DNA of 32,000 bases, from positions 30,001 to 62,000 of the forward strand of contig NZ_LNTB01000002.1 of NCBI RefSeq assembly GCF_001462395.1, given 5' to 3'. Positions 7,280 to 14,834 of this stretch are shown piece after piece. The first letter of the stretch is position 1, and each line of letters starts with the position of its first letter. The notes below the pieces were generated by a model. The model was not told where the DNA came from. It saw only the letters and a list, made by a program, of their open reading frames with translations, and ran no database searches. A program made the position numbers and the translations under genes. Source of the stretch: Pyrodictium occultum. Its GTDB lineage: Archaea; Thermoproteota; Thermoprotei_A; Sulfolobales; Pyrodictiaceae.

Positions 7280-8095
7280 TTAGGGCTTAGCCGGCCCGCC
7301 GGGCGGGGGCTCGGAGTCCCTCCATATAGCCTCGATCCTCCTCTTCAGCGCGTCCGCGAACCCCTGGTTGACAGCCACGACGGCCACCACGCTCCCAGCC
7401 CTGCCGGGGGCGCCTATCACCACCGTGTCGCAGGCCACCATCATGTCTAGGAGGACGGCGTCGGAGACCCTGACCTCGACCCCCGGCAGCCTCCCGACCT
7501 GCTGGAGCGCCTCCTCGGGGACCCGGGCGCCCCGGTAGACTATGACCCGGGCGCCCCTCCCCGCCAGCAGGCTGAGCAGGGGCTGGAGGACCGGCAGCAG
7601 CTCCACAGCCTTCTCGGCCGCCTTGTACGCCATTATCCAGGGCTTCTCCCCGCACTCCTCGAGCGCGGCAGAGGCGGCCGCGACGGCCCGGTGGACGCCC
7701 TCCTCGACGGCCACGTACTCCCTGGCCGCGTGGGCGACGCGTCTCTCAAGCTCCCGGGCCAGCCTCCTGAGCTCCTCCGCCTTCTCGGAGGCCTCGGCTA
7801 GTAGCCTCTCGGCCTCGACGAGGAGCGAGCGGGAGGGAGGGACCGCCTGGTAGCCGTCGCCCGTCTGGGCCACCAGGCCTCGGCGCTGGAGGCTGCGGAG
7901 CACGTCGTAGATCCTCTGGGGAGGCACGTTGGCCTCCTCCGCTATCTCCCTGGGCCGCGTGGCTCCCTGGAGGACGGCGAGGTATACCCTGGCCTCGTAG
8001 CCGCTTAGGCCTAGGAGCCTCCTGAGCCTCTCCTCGAGGTCCCTCAAGCCCCGCCTTACCCGCGGCTGTGCCGCCGAGCGCTGCACCCGGGCCAC
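7280..8095 (-). CDS. TrmB-family transcriptional regulator (real start may be TTG 8047)
   Basis: The N-terminal winged-helix motif LGLSGYEARVYLAVLQGATRPREIAEEANVPPQRIYDVLRSLQRRGLV is typical of the TrmB HTH domain. A coiled-coil linker and a C-terminal effector-type domain follow. Confidence 0.8.
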   Translation of the reverse strand: MARVQRSAAQPRVRRGLRDLEERLRRLLGLSGYEARVYLAVLQGATRPREIAEEANVPPQRIYDVLRSLQRRGLVAQTGDGYQAVPPSRSLLVEAERLLAEASEKAEELRRLARELERRVAHAAREYVAVEEGVHRAVAAASAALEECGEKPWIMAYKAAEKAVELLPVLQPLLSLLAGRGARVIVYRGARVPEEALQQVGRLPGVEVRVSDAVLLDMMVACDTVVIGAPGRAGSVVAVVAVNQGFADALKRRIEAIWRDSEPPPGGPAKP

Positions 8096-8098
8096 GGG

Positions 8099-8104
8099 TT
8101 ATAA
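8099..8104. promoter_or_regulatory. Self-complementary TATA-like element TTATAA in the 60-nt divergent spacer
   Basis: This is the only AT island between the TrmB-family gene and the first futalosine gene. Confidence 0.45.
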
Positions 8105-8117
8105 GGCCGCTGCATTG

Positions 8118-8140
8118 GAACCACCGCCGGGTGGTGGTTC
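8118..8140. promoter_or_regulatory. 23-bp near-perfect palindrome GAACCACCgCCgGGtGGTGGTTC, candidate operator
   Basis: The 8-bp arms are perfect (8118-8125 and 8133-8140). Overall, 10 of 11 symmetric positions pair. The site lies 14-36 nt downstream of TTATAA, over the expected plus-strand transcription start. Confidence 0.5.
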
Positions 8141-8155
8141 ACGGCCAGGCCCTGG

Positions 8156-9346
8156 ATGCCCCATAGGCCCCGCGGCTACCTGGAGCTGCCCGGGGTTGCC
8201 AGGCTCCTCAGGGTGGCCGAGGAGCTGGGCTACGCGGCGCCGGTGGAGAGGGTGCTGGAGGGCAGGGCTGGCCCGGGGGACGTGGTGGAGCTCTACCGTA
8301 TGCCCCTCTGGCTCCTGGGCGGCCTGGCCCGCGCGGTGACCGACGCTATCACCGGGAGGAGGGTGGGCTACATAGTGAACATGATACTCAACTACACTAA
8401 TGTCTGCGTGGTGGGCTGCAGGTTCTGCGCCTTCTACCGGAGGCCCGGGAGCCCCGACGCCTACCGCATCCCCCCGCGCCGCGCCGCCGCCATGGTGGAG
8501 GAGCACTGGAGGAGGTACCGGATACGCCAGGTGCTTTTCCAGGGCGGCGTGGATCCCTCGATACCGCTGGAGTACTACGAGGAGGCCTTCCGCGGCATCA
8601 AGGCGGCCACCCGGGGGGAGGTGGCCATCCATGGGCTCAGCGCGGTGGAGCTGGAATGGCTCGCCAGGTCCAGCAGGATGAGCCTCCGGGAGCTGGTCTC
8701 CAGGCTGCGGGAGGCCGGGCTGGACAGCGTGCCGGGCGCGGGAGCGGAGATACTGAGCGAGAGGGTCCGGGGGCTCATCTCGCCGAGGAAGATAACAGGG
8801 GAGCGCTGGATCCAGGTCATGGACACCGTGATGGCCATGGGCGTCCCGGTGAGCGCCACCATGGTGTACGGGCACGTGGAGACCCTCTGGGAGAGGGCCG
8901 AGCACCTCCTCAGGCTGCTCGAGCTGCAGAGGCGCCGCGGCCTGGTAATGGCCTTCATAGCCTGGAACTTCGAGCCGGGGAACACCGAGCTGGGCAGGGA
9001 GATCCCTTACCCCGCCGGCGGCACCGAGCTGCTCCGCAGCGTGGCTGTGGCGAGGCTGGTGTTCCGCCACGAGATCCCCTGGATCCAGGCCGGCTGGCTC
9101 ACCGCCGGGGAGAGGCTGGGCCAGGTCTCGCTCGACTACGGCGCTAACGACTGGGGAGGCACCCTCTACGGGGAGCGCGTCCTCCCTGCGGCCGGCGTGC
9201 CCCTACCCCTCCTGGTGAGGAGGAGCATCGAGCGGGTCATACGGGGCGCCGGCTACGAGCCCTACGAGCGCGACAACTGGTACCGGCCCATAGCAGGGCG
9301 GGAGGCCGCCGAGGCCGAGCCGCGGGCGGGGGGTGCGGCGGCGTGA
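8156..9346 (+). CDS. Radical SAM enzyme of the MqnE/MqnC (CofH-like) family, futalosine menaquinone pathway
   Basis: The cluster motif NYTNVCVVGCRFCAFYR (CxxxCxxC) is present, with TIM-barrel-type length. The gene is translationally coupled (GTGA overlap) to a paralogue and followed by an MqnA-like gene. I could not separate MqnE from MqnC by eye. Confidence 0.8.
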   Translation: MPHRPRGYLELPGVARLLRVAEELGYAAPVERVLEGRAGPGDVVELYRMPLWLLGGLARAVTDAITGRRVGYIVNMILNYTNVCVVGCRFCAFYRRPGSPDAYRIPPRRAAAMVEEHWRRYRIRQVLFQGGVDPSIPLEYYEEAFRGIKAATRGEVAIHGLSAVELEWLARSSRMSLRELVSRLREAGLDSVPGAGAEILSERVRGLISPRKITGERWIQVMDTVMAMGVPVSATMVYGHVETLWERAEHLLRLLELQRRRGLVMAFIAWNFEPGNTELGREIPYPAGGTELLRSVAVARLVFRHEIPWIQAGWLTAGERLGQVSLDYGANDWGGTLYGERVLPAAGVPLPLLVRRSIERVIRGAGYEPYERDNWYRPIAGREAAEAEPRAGGAAA

Positions 9347-10506
9347 GCCTCGAGCCCCCGAGGTGGCTGGAGAGGCTGGCCCAGGAGGAGGGCTCCCCAG
9401 CGCTGGAGAAGGCGATCCACGGAGACAGGCTAGAGCCCCCGGAGATAGAGGAGCTGGTGGCCAAGACGCCGCTCCACGCGCTGGCAGCCGCGGCCGACTA
9501 CTACGCCCGGAGGCTGAAGAGGGGCCGGGGCAGCTTCACCAAGAACCTCTACATAACCTACACCAACGTCTGCGTCACCAGGTGCAGCTTCTGCGCCTTC
9601 TACAGGCTCCCCGGCAGCCCGGAGGCCTACACCAGGAGCCCGGGGGAGATAGCCGGGGCTGTGCGCCGGGCGGCGGAGGAGCTGGGCATAGTCGAGGTAC
9701 ACATGGTCGGCGGCAACAACCCGGAGCTGCCCTTCAGCTACTACGAGGAGCTGGTATCCTCCGTGAAGAGGGCTGCCCCCAGGGTGGCGCTGAAGGCCTT
9801 CACCGCGGAGGAGATACTTTTCATAGCCAGGAGCACGGGGCACCGTGTCCGCGAGGTGCTGGAGAGGCTGCGGGAGCTGGGCCTCGACGCGCTCAGCGGC
9901 GGGGGCGCAGAGATACTCGACGAGGGGGTGCAGAGGCTGATAGCGCCACTGAAGCCGGGCCCGGAGGAGTACCTCAGGGTGCACGAGGAGGCCCACAGGC
10001 TCGGGATAAGGAGCAACGTGATAATGATGTATGGCCACGTGGAGGAGCCTATACACGTGGCCCGCCACATCTACCGGGTGCGGCTGCTCGAGGAGAAGGC
10101 GCCGGGCTTCATATCCTTCATACCCGTCCGCTTCAACCCGGGGAGCACCCCGCTGGGGAGGAGCAGGCTTTACAGGGAGCGGGCCAGGCTGGACGGCCAG
10201 TACGACCTAAGGATAGTGGCCGCCGCCCGGCTCGCCCTGCTGGGGGCGGTGGACAATATTGTAGCCTACTGGGTGAGCATGGGGGACAAGCTGGCGCAGG
10301 CCGCCCTGGCCCACGGCGCCAACGACCTCGGCGGCACGTTCTACCGGGAGGCGGTGATAACCGCTGCCGGCGGCGGCCCCGGGGGGAAGGAGCCCGGGGA
10401 GCTCGCCTACATGCTGCGCCAGGCGGGATGGGAGCCCTGGCTCCGTGACACCTTCTACAACTACCTGGAGAGGGTGAATACCCTGGAGCTCCCGTGGCTC
10501 GCCTAG
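9343..10506 (+). CDS. Radical SAM enzyme of the MqnE/MqnC (CofH-like) family, second paralogue
   Basis: The motif ITYTNVCVTRCSFCAFYR is present. The N-terminus (LEKAIHGDRLEPPEIEELV) is typical of this family. The start overlaps the upstream stop by 4 nt. Confidence 0.8.
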   Translation: MSLEPPRWLERLAQEEGSPALEKAIHGDRLEPPEIEELVAKTPLHALAAAADYYARRLKRGRGSFTKNLYITYTNVCVTRCSFCAFYRLPGSPEAYTRSPGEIAGAVRRAAEELGIVEVHMVGGNNPELPFSYYEELVSSVKRAAPRVALKAFTAEEILFIARSTGHRVREVLERLRELGLDALSGGGAEILDEGVQRLIAPLKPGPEEYLRVHEEAHRLGIRSNVIMMYGHVEEPIHVARHIYRVRLLEEKAPGFISFIPVRFNPGSTPLGRSRLYRERARLDGQYDLRIVAAARLALLGAVDNIVAYWVSMGDKLAQAALAHGANDLGGTFYREAVITAAGGGPGGKEPGELAYMLRQAGWEPWLRDTFYNYLERVNTLELPWLA

Positions 10507-10521
10507 GGAGGGCCGGAGGGC

Positions 10522-11286
10522 TTGCCTGTCTACGCCGCCCCGCAGCACCGCTACGCCGCGCCCCTGCGCCGCTGGCTGCTGGGCAGGGGCTATGCCGTCT
10601 ACATCGCCGCGCCCCCGGAGGCCGCTGAGCTGCTCCGCCGAGGAGCCGCGGACGCCGGCATGGCGCCGCTCGGGCTCCTCGCCTCTGGGGAGGGGCTCCG
10701 CTGCTGCCCCGGCCCCATGGTGTACAGCAAGGCAGAGACCATGAGCGTCGCCGTCTTCTCCAGGGGGCCCAGGAGGCTGGGGGGCTGCGATAGGATAGCC
10801 GTGACGGGGGAGACCAGGACGAGCATCCTCTACCTCCAGCTCGCCCTGGAGAACATGGGGCTCCGGCCCCGGCTGCTGCGCCTCAGCGCGACGAGCGCCT
10901 ACCGGCTGCTCCGGGCAGCCCCCTGCGCCCTGGTGATAGGCGACGAGGCCCTCGCCGCCCGGGCCCGGGGCCTCCACGTGGTGGCCGATCTCGGGGAGCT
11001 GGTCCGCGACGTGCTCGGGATCAGCCCCGTCTACGCCGCCACCGCTGTCGCCCGGGGCCGGGGGTGCCCCGGGGTCCTCGGCTCCCCGCCCTGGCCCCGG
11101 CCCGGGAGGGGCGACGCGGAGGCCACCGCCCGGGTCACCGGGCTGCCGCCCCGGGAGGCGGAGAGGTACCACCGGCTGGTCCGGCTCGACTACAACCCCG
11201 GGGCGCTGGCCGGGGCGCTCCGTCTCCTGAGGGAGGCCCTCCACAAGGCCCAGGGTGGAAGGGTCTACAGTCTCTCTAACCATTGA
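10522..11286 (+). CDS. mqnA: MqnA-like protein (VitK2-biosynthesis / periplasmic-binding-like fold), putative chorismate dehydratase
   Basis: TTG start. Segments SVAVFSR...IAVTGETRTSILYLQLAL...ALVIGDEAL...DLGELV...PVYAATAV follow the MqnA pattern (SV.lfs...ia...S.TS..Ll...aaLlIGD.AL...DLge.W...P.vfA). The N-terminus is divergent, so the assignment is weaker than for the neighbouring genes. Confidence 0.6.
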   Translation: MPVYAAPQHRYAAPLRRWLLGRGYAVYIAAPPEAAELLRRGAADAGMAPLGLLASGEGLRCCPGPMVYSKAETMSVAVFSRGPRRLGGCDRIAVTGETRTSILYLQLALENMGLRPRLLRLSATSAYRLLRAAPCALVIGDEALAARARGLHVVADLGELVRDVLGISPVYAATAVARGRGCPGVLGSPPWPRPGRGDAEATARVTGLPPREAERYHRLVRLDYNPGALAGALRLLREALHKAQGGRVYSLSNH

Positions 11287-11319
11287 TAGTTATTGATTGC
11301 GGCGAGAAGGATAGAAATA
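11282..11319 (+). promoter_or_regulatory. AT-rich promoter region of aor: ATTGAT direct repeat (11282-11287 and 11292-11297) plus TATA-like ATAGAAATA (11311-11319)
   Basis: The two ATTGAT copies are spaced exactly 10 bp apart. The TATA-like box sits about 30 nt upstream of GTG 11346. Confidence 0.4.
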
Positions 11320-11345
11320 CCTCCGCCGCGCGGCGTAACCCGCCG

Positions 11346-13235
11346 GTGCAGCCCTCCTTGGAGTTCAAGCTCCTCCGTGTAAACCTCTGGAGCCAGAAGG
11401 CCAGGGAGGAGCGCGTCGACGAGAAGACCCTCCGCCGGTTCCTCGGCGGCCGCGGCCTCGGGGCCTACCTGGCCCTCCGGGAGATCCCCCGGGGAGCCGA
11501 CCCGCTGGGCCCGGATAACAGGCTCTACATCCTCACCGGGCCCCTGACCGGCATGGCCGTGGGCGACACCAGGATAGGGAACGGCCGCTACCACGCGGTC
11601 GGCAAGAGCCCGCTCACCGGGATCCTCGGAGACTCCAACGCCGGAGGCAAGTTCGGGCCCTGGCTCCGCTTCTCCGGCTACGACGGCATAGTACTCGAGG
11701 GGGTCAGCGAGGAGCCAGTCTGGATAAGCATCGTTGACGGGGAGGTGGAGTTCCACGACGCCCGGCCCCTCTGGGGCAAGGGCGTGGTCTACACGGAGAA
11801 GAGGATACGCGAGTTCATGAAGATGGAGGACACGAGCCAGGGCAGCGTGCTCGCGATAGGCCCGGCCGGGGAGAACCTGGCCAGGATAGCGGCGCTGATA
11901 AACGATAGCCGCCGCGCCGCCGGCCGCACCGGGCTCGGCGCGGTTATGGGGAGCAAGAGGGTCAAGGCCATATTTGCCTACGGGAGCAGGAAGATAGAGC
12001 CGGTCGACCCCCAGGGATTCCTCAAGGCCGCCAAGAAGTTCATGGAGAAGGTTGAGGCCAACCCGGTCAGCCAGGGCCTGAGGAAGTACGGCACAGCCGT
12101 CCTGGTCAACATAATCAATGAGCACGGCGCCCTGCCCACCAAGAACTGGACCCGCGGCACCTTCGAGAAGGCCTACGAGATAAGCGGCGAGTACATGGCC
12201 GAGAAGTATCTCAAGAAGAACAGCGGCTGCTGGGGCTGCATGATACGCTGCTCCCGCATCACCGAGGTGAAGGAGGGCCCCTACTACACGCCGGTCGGCA
12301 AGGGCCCCGAGTACGAGACCATCTGGGCCAACGGGGCCAACCCGATGATAGGCAACATGGAGGCCCTGATAAAGATAAACTACCTGCTCAACGACATGGG
12401 CATAGACACTATCAGCTTCGGCAACGCCGTCGCAGCCCTCATGGAGCTCTACGAGAAGGCGCTTAACGGCGCCCTGCCCAAGGACAAGGCCGAGAAGCTC
12501 CTCAGCCTGCTCGGCGACATAAAGCCCACCTGGGGCAACGCGGACGCCGTGATAGAGCTGGTCTGGAGGACCGCGTACCGGGACGGGATAGGCGACTACC
12601 TGGCCGAGGGGACGGCGAGGTTCACCGAGGCCTTCGGCAGCCCCGACTCCGCGGTCCACGTTAGGGGGCTCGAGCTCCCGGCCTACGACCCGAGGGCTAT
12701 CAACGGCATGGCCCTGGCGTACGCCACCTCAAACCGCGGCGGCTGCCACCTCCGCGCCTACGCTGTGAGCTTCGAAGTGCTGGGCATACCGAAGAAGACC
12801 GACCCGCTGAAGATAGACTTGGAGAAGGTGCAGCTGGTCAAGTTCCAGCAGGACTTCTTCGCCGCCATAGACAGCATGGTGGTGTGCAAGTTCTACACCT
12901 TCTCCACCGGGCCCGAGGACTATGTGCCGCTGATACGCGCCGCCACCGGCTGGGAGGACTTCACGGCCGAGGAGCTGCTAACCATAGGCGAGAGGATATA
13001 CAACGTGGAGAGGCTCTTCGCCGTCAGGGAGGGCCAGGGCTACAGGGACTACCTGCCCAAGAGGCTCCTCGAGCAGCCGCTGCCCGACGGCCCCGCCCGG
13101 GGCAAGACCGCGAAGGAGGCCCTGGAGGCCTACCTGCCGGAGTACTACAAGCTCAGGGGCTGGGAGGACGGCAAGCCGCTGCCCGAGACCCTGCAGAGGC
13201 TCGGCCTCAACGAGTTCCTCTACATAGTCTCCTAG
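11346..13235 (+). CDS. aor: Tungsten-containing aldehyde:ferredoxin oxidoreductase family protein (AOR/FOR type)
   Basis: Family motifs are present: LRVNL...FLGGRGLGAYL, KSPLTG, EYETIWANGAN, the 4Fe-4S cysteines GCWGCMIRC, and SNRGGCHLRAY. The start is moved from TTG 11283 to GTG 11346 (TTG 11358 is also possible) because the family N-terminus begins near xxKLLRVNL and the TATA-like box lies inside the longer ORF. Confidence 0.9.
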   Translation: MQPSLEFKLLRVNLWSQKAREERVDEKTLRRFLGGRGLGAYLALREIPRGADPLGPDNRLYILTGPLTGMAVGDTRIGNGRYHAVGKSPLTGILGDSNAGGKFGPWLRFSGYDGIVLEGVSEEPVWISIVDGEVEFHDARPLWGKGVVYTEKRIREFMKMEDTSQGSVLAIGPAGENLARIAALINDSRRAAGRTGLGAVMGSKRVKAIFAYGSRKIEPVDPQGFLKAAKKFMEKVEANPVSQGLRKYGTAVLVNIINEHGALPTKNWTRGTFEKAYEISGEYMAEKYLKKNSGCWGCMIRCSRITEVKEGPYYTPVGKGPEYETIWANGANPMIGNMEALIKINYLLNDMGIDTISFGNAVAALMELYEKALNGALPKDKAEKLLSLLGDIKPTWGNADAVIELVWRTAYRDGIGDYLAEGTARFTEAFGSPDSAVHVRGLELPAYDPRAINGMALAYATSNRGGCHLRAYAVSFEVLGIPKKTDPLKIDLEKVQLVKFQQDFFAAIDSMVVCKFYTFSTGPEDYVPLIRAATGWEDFTAEELLTIGERIYNVERLFAVREGQGYRDYLPKRLLEQPLPDGPARGKTAKEALEAYLPEYYKLRGWEDGKPLPETLQRLGLNEFLYIVS

Positions 13236-13242
13236 GCGGCTG

Positions 13243-13249
13243 TTTTAAG
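13243..13249 (+). promoter_or_regulatory. TTTTAAG: possible TATA box for the 13293 ORF and/or T-run terminator of aor
   Basis: This is the only AT island in the 13236-13292 spacer. It lies about 45 nt upstream of TTG 13293 and 8 nt after the aor stop. Confidence 0.3.
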
Positions 13250-13292
13250 TCCCTGGCCCCCGCCCTCCCCCGGCCCCGGGGCGGCAAGGGCA

Positions 13293-13682
13293 TTGCAGGG
13301 GGGCGGGCTGAGCCAGTGCATCGAGGCGCTGGCCGCGGGCTGCGGCGCTGCCCTCGCGGCGCTGGAGGAGGCGTCTGAGGCGCTCGGCAAGGGCCGGGGC
13401 AAGGGCGGGGGGCTCGCCAGGATTCTCCGGAGGGCTGCTGGGGCCCTCTCGGGGGCCGTGGAGCCCTGCATAGGGGGCTGCGGGGAGTCGGGGTGGAGCG
13501 GCCGCTGCGTGGCGGGGGAGGTGCTGGAGAGGCTCCAGCGGAGCCTCTACGGGCTCTCGCTCCGGCTGGAGGGGCTCCCGAGGTTGGAGGGGGAGGCCGG
13601 CGAGCTGGCGGCCATGCTGGTTGACCTGGCCTACAGCATGGTGGAGGCCGTCTGCTACGCCGGCTCCCGGGCCGGGGGCTAG
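13293..13682 (+). CDS. Hypothetical small Cys-containing protein (129 aa)
   Basis: Composition is Ala/Gly/Leu/Glu-rich, not the Pro/Arg-rich type seen in shadow frames. It contains 7 Cys (for example CIEALAAGC and CIGGC). It lies outside the body of the convergent hisC. I recognise no family. Confidence 0.4.
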   Translation: MQGGGLSQCIEALAAGCGAALAALEEASEALGKGRGKGGGLARILRRAAGALSGAVEPCIGGCGESGWSGRCVAGEVLERLQRSLYGLSLRLEGLPRLEGEAGELAAMLVDLAYSMVEAVCYAGSRAGG

Positions 13683-14758
13683 CCCTGGCCCTGGAGGAGC
13701 CGGGAGAGGGCCTCTAGGAAGACCCTGTTCTCCCCGGGCGTCCCCACGGTCACCCGCAGCCAGTTGCTGCCGAGGGGGACGCGGCGCACCGCCACCCCCT
13801 GCTCGGCCAGCCGCTCTACCACGTCCTCCACGGGGGTCTCCACGAGCAGGAAGTTCGTGTAGGAGCAGTACACCCTGACCCCGGGGAGCCTGCGGAGCAT
13901 GGAGGCTAGCCACTCCCTCTCCCCGCGCACCGTGTCGGCCACCCTCCTGGCGTAGCCCGGGTCCTCGAGCGCCGCTATCGCCGCCGCTACGCTGGTGCGG
14001 GGGAGGAAGGGGGGCATGATGCTCCGGAGCCTCTCGGCCAGCCTGGGGTGGGCTATGGCGTAGCCGATGCGGAGCCCGGCGAGGCTGAATGCCTTGCTCA
14101 GCGTCCTCACTACGAGCAGGTTATCGTAGGCCTCTGTGAGCCCAGCGTAGGTTACCCCGCTGAACTCGTAGTAGGCCTCGTCCAGGATGAGGAGCGCGCC
14201 CCTCGCCGAGAGCCTCTCGAGCAGCTCGGCCAGCTCGCCCTCCCCAGGGGCCAGGAGGCTGCCCGTCGGGTTGTTGGGGTTGTCCAGCGCGGCCAGCGAG
14301 GAGCCCGCCGCAGCCTCGGAGAAGCGGCTCCAGTCCAGCCTCCAGCAGCCGCCGGCGGGCTCCAGCTCCACCCAGATGGGCTCGCCGCCCTGGAGCCGGG
14401 TGTAGACCTCGTACATGCTGAAGGAGGGCCGGGGCGCCGCCATCCTGCCGCCGGGCGCGAGCACGAGGTGGAAAGCCTTCTCCAGCACCATGTCGCCGCC
14501 GAGGCCGACCACTATCTGCTCGGGCCTGGCCCCGGTGTAGCTGGATAGGAGCCCCGCCAGCCTCTCAAGCATCTCTGCCTCCGGGTACCTGTTCCCCCGG
14601 GCCGCCTCCCTCGCCACCGCCTCCACAACCCTCTCGGGCGGGGGGTAGGGGGACTCGTTGAGGTCGAGGCGGGCCCTTACGCCCCGGTAGCTGCGGGGGC
14701 TGTAGCCCCGGAACTCCTCCAGCCAGGGCTTCACGCGGACCGGCACCGCTCCCAGCAC
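13679..14758 (-). CDS. hisC: Histidinol-phosphate aminotransferase (class II PLP aminotransferase)
   Basis: Family motifs are present: LDLNESPYPPP, NPNNPTG, DEAYYEF, and RTLSKAFSLAGLRIGYAIA with the PLP lysine. The start is trimmed from 14815 to GTG 14758 (GTG 14746 also possible) because the shared TATA island at 14787-14795 lies inside the longer ORF. Confidence 0.85.
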   Translation of the reverse strand: MLGAVPVRVKPWLEEFRGYSPRSYRGVRARLDLNESPYPPPERVVEAVAREAARGNRYPEAEMLERLAGLLSSYTGARPEQIVVGLGGDMVLEKAFHLVLAPGGRMAAPRPSFSMYEVYTRLQGGEPIWVELEPAGGCWRLDWSRFSEAAAGSSLAALDNPNNPTGSLLAPGEGELAELLERLSARGALLILDEAYYEFSGVTYAGLTEAYDNLLVVRTLSKAFSLAGLRIGYAIAHPRLAERLRSIMPPFLPRTSVAAAIAALEDPGYARRVADTVRGEREWLASMLRRLPGVRVYCSYTNFLLVETPVEDVVERLAEQGVAVRRVPLGSNWLRVTVGTPGENRVFLEALSRLLQGQG

Positions 14759-14786
14759 CCTCCCGCCACACGCCCCGGGGCCATCG

Positions 14787-14795
14787 GTTAATAAC
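14787..14795. promoter_or_regulatory. Shared AT island GTTAATAAC between divergent hisC and upp
   Basis: This is the only AT-rich element between the two genes. It lies about 30 nt from GTG 14758 on the minus strand and about 40 nt from GTG 14835 on the plus strand. It reads TTATTAAC on the minus strand. Confidence 0.5.
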
Positions 14796-14834
14796 CCGCT
14801 CAGCGGCCTGGGCACCGGCCCCCTGGGCAGCAGC

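Noticed and set aside
8156-10506. Alternative reading of the radical SAM pair as CofG/CofH (F420 F0 synthase).
   Set aside because: It is the same superfamily. However, the genes are fused in an operon with an MqnA-like gene, and MqnD, UbiA and UbiD-like genes are nearby, which favours the futalosine route. Phylogeny is needed for certainty.
8099-11283. Long minus-strand ORFs (8099..9070, 9430..10068, 10207..11283) and alternative plus frames (8656..9147, 9333..10448).
   Set aside because: They lie antisense to, or out of frame with, the MqnE/MqnC/MqnA-like genes. They are Pro/Gly/Arg/His-rich and low in complexity.
11265-12659. A 464-aa minus-strand ORF.
   Set aside because: It lies antisense to the clearly recognisable aldehyde:ferredoxin oxidoreductase gene. 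Its composition is of the shadow type and it has no motifs.
13245-13913. A 222-aa minus-strand ORF.
   Set aside because: It is Pro/Gly/Arg-rich. It overlaps hisC in a different frame and lies antisense to the more plausible 13293..13682 ORF.
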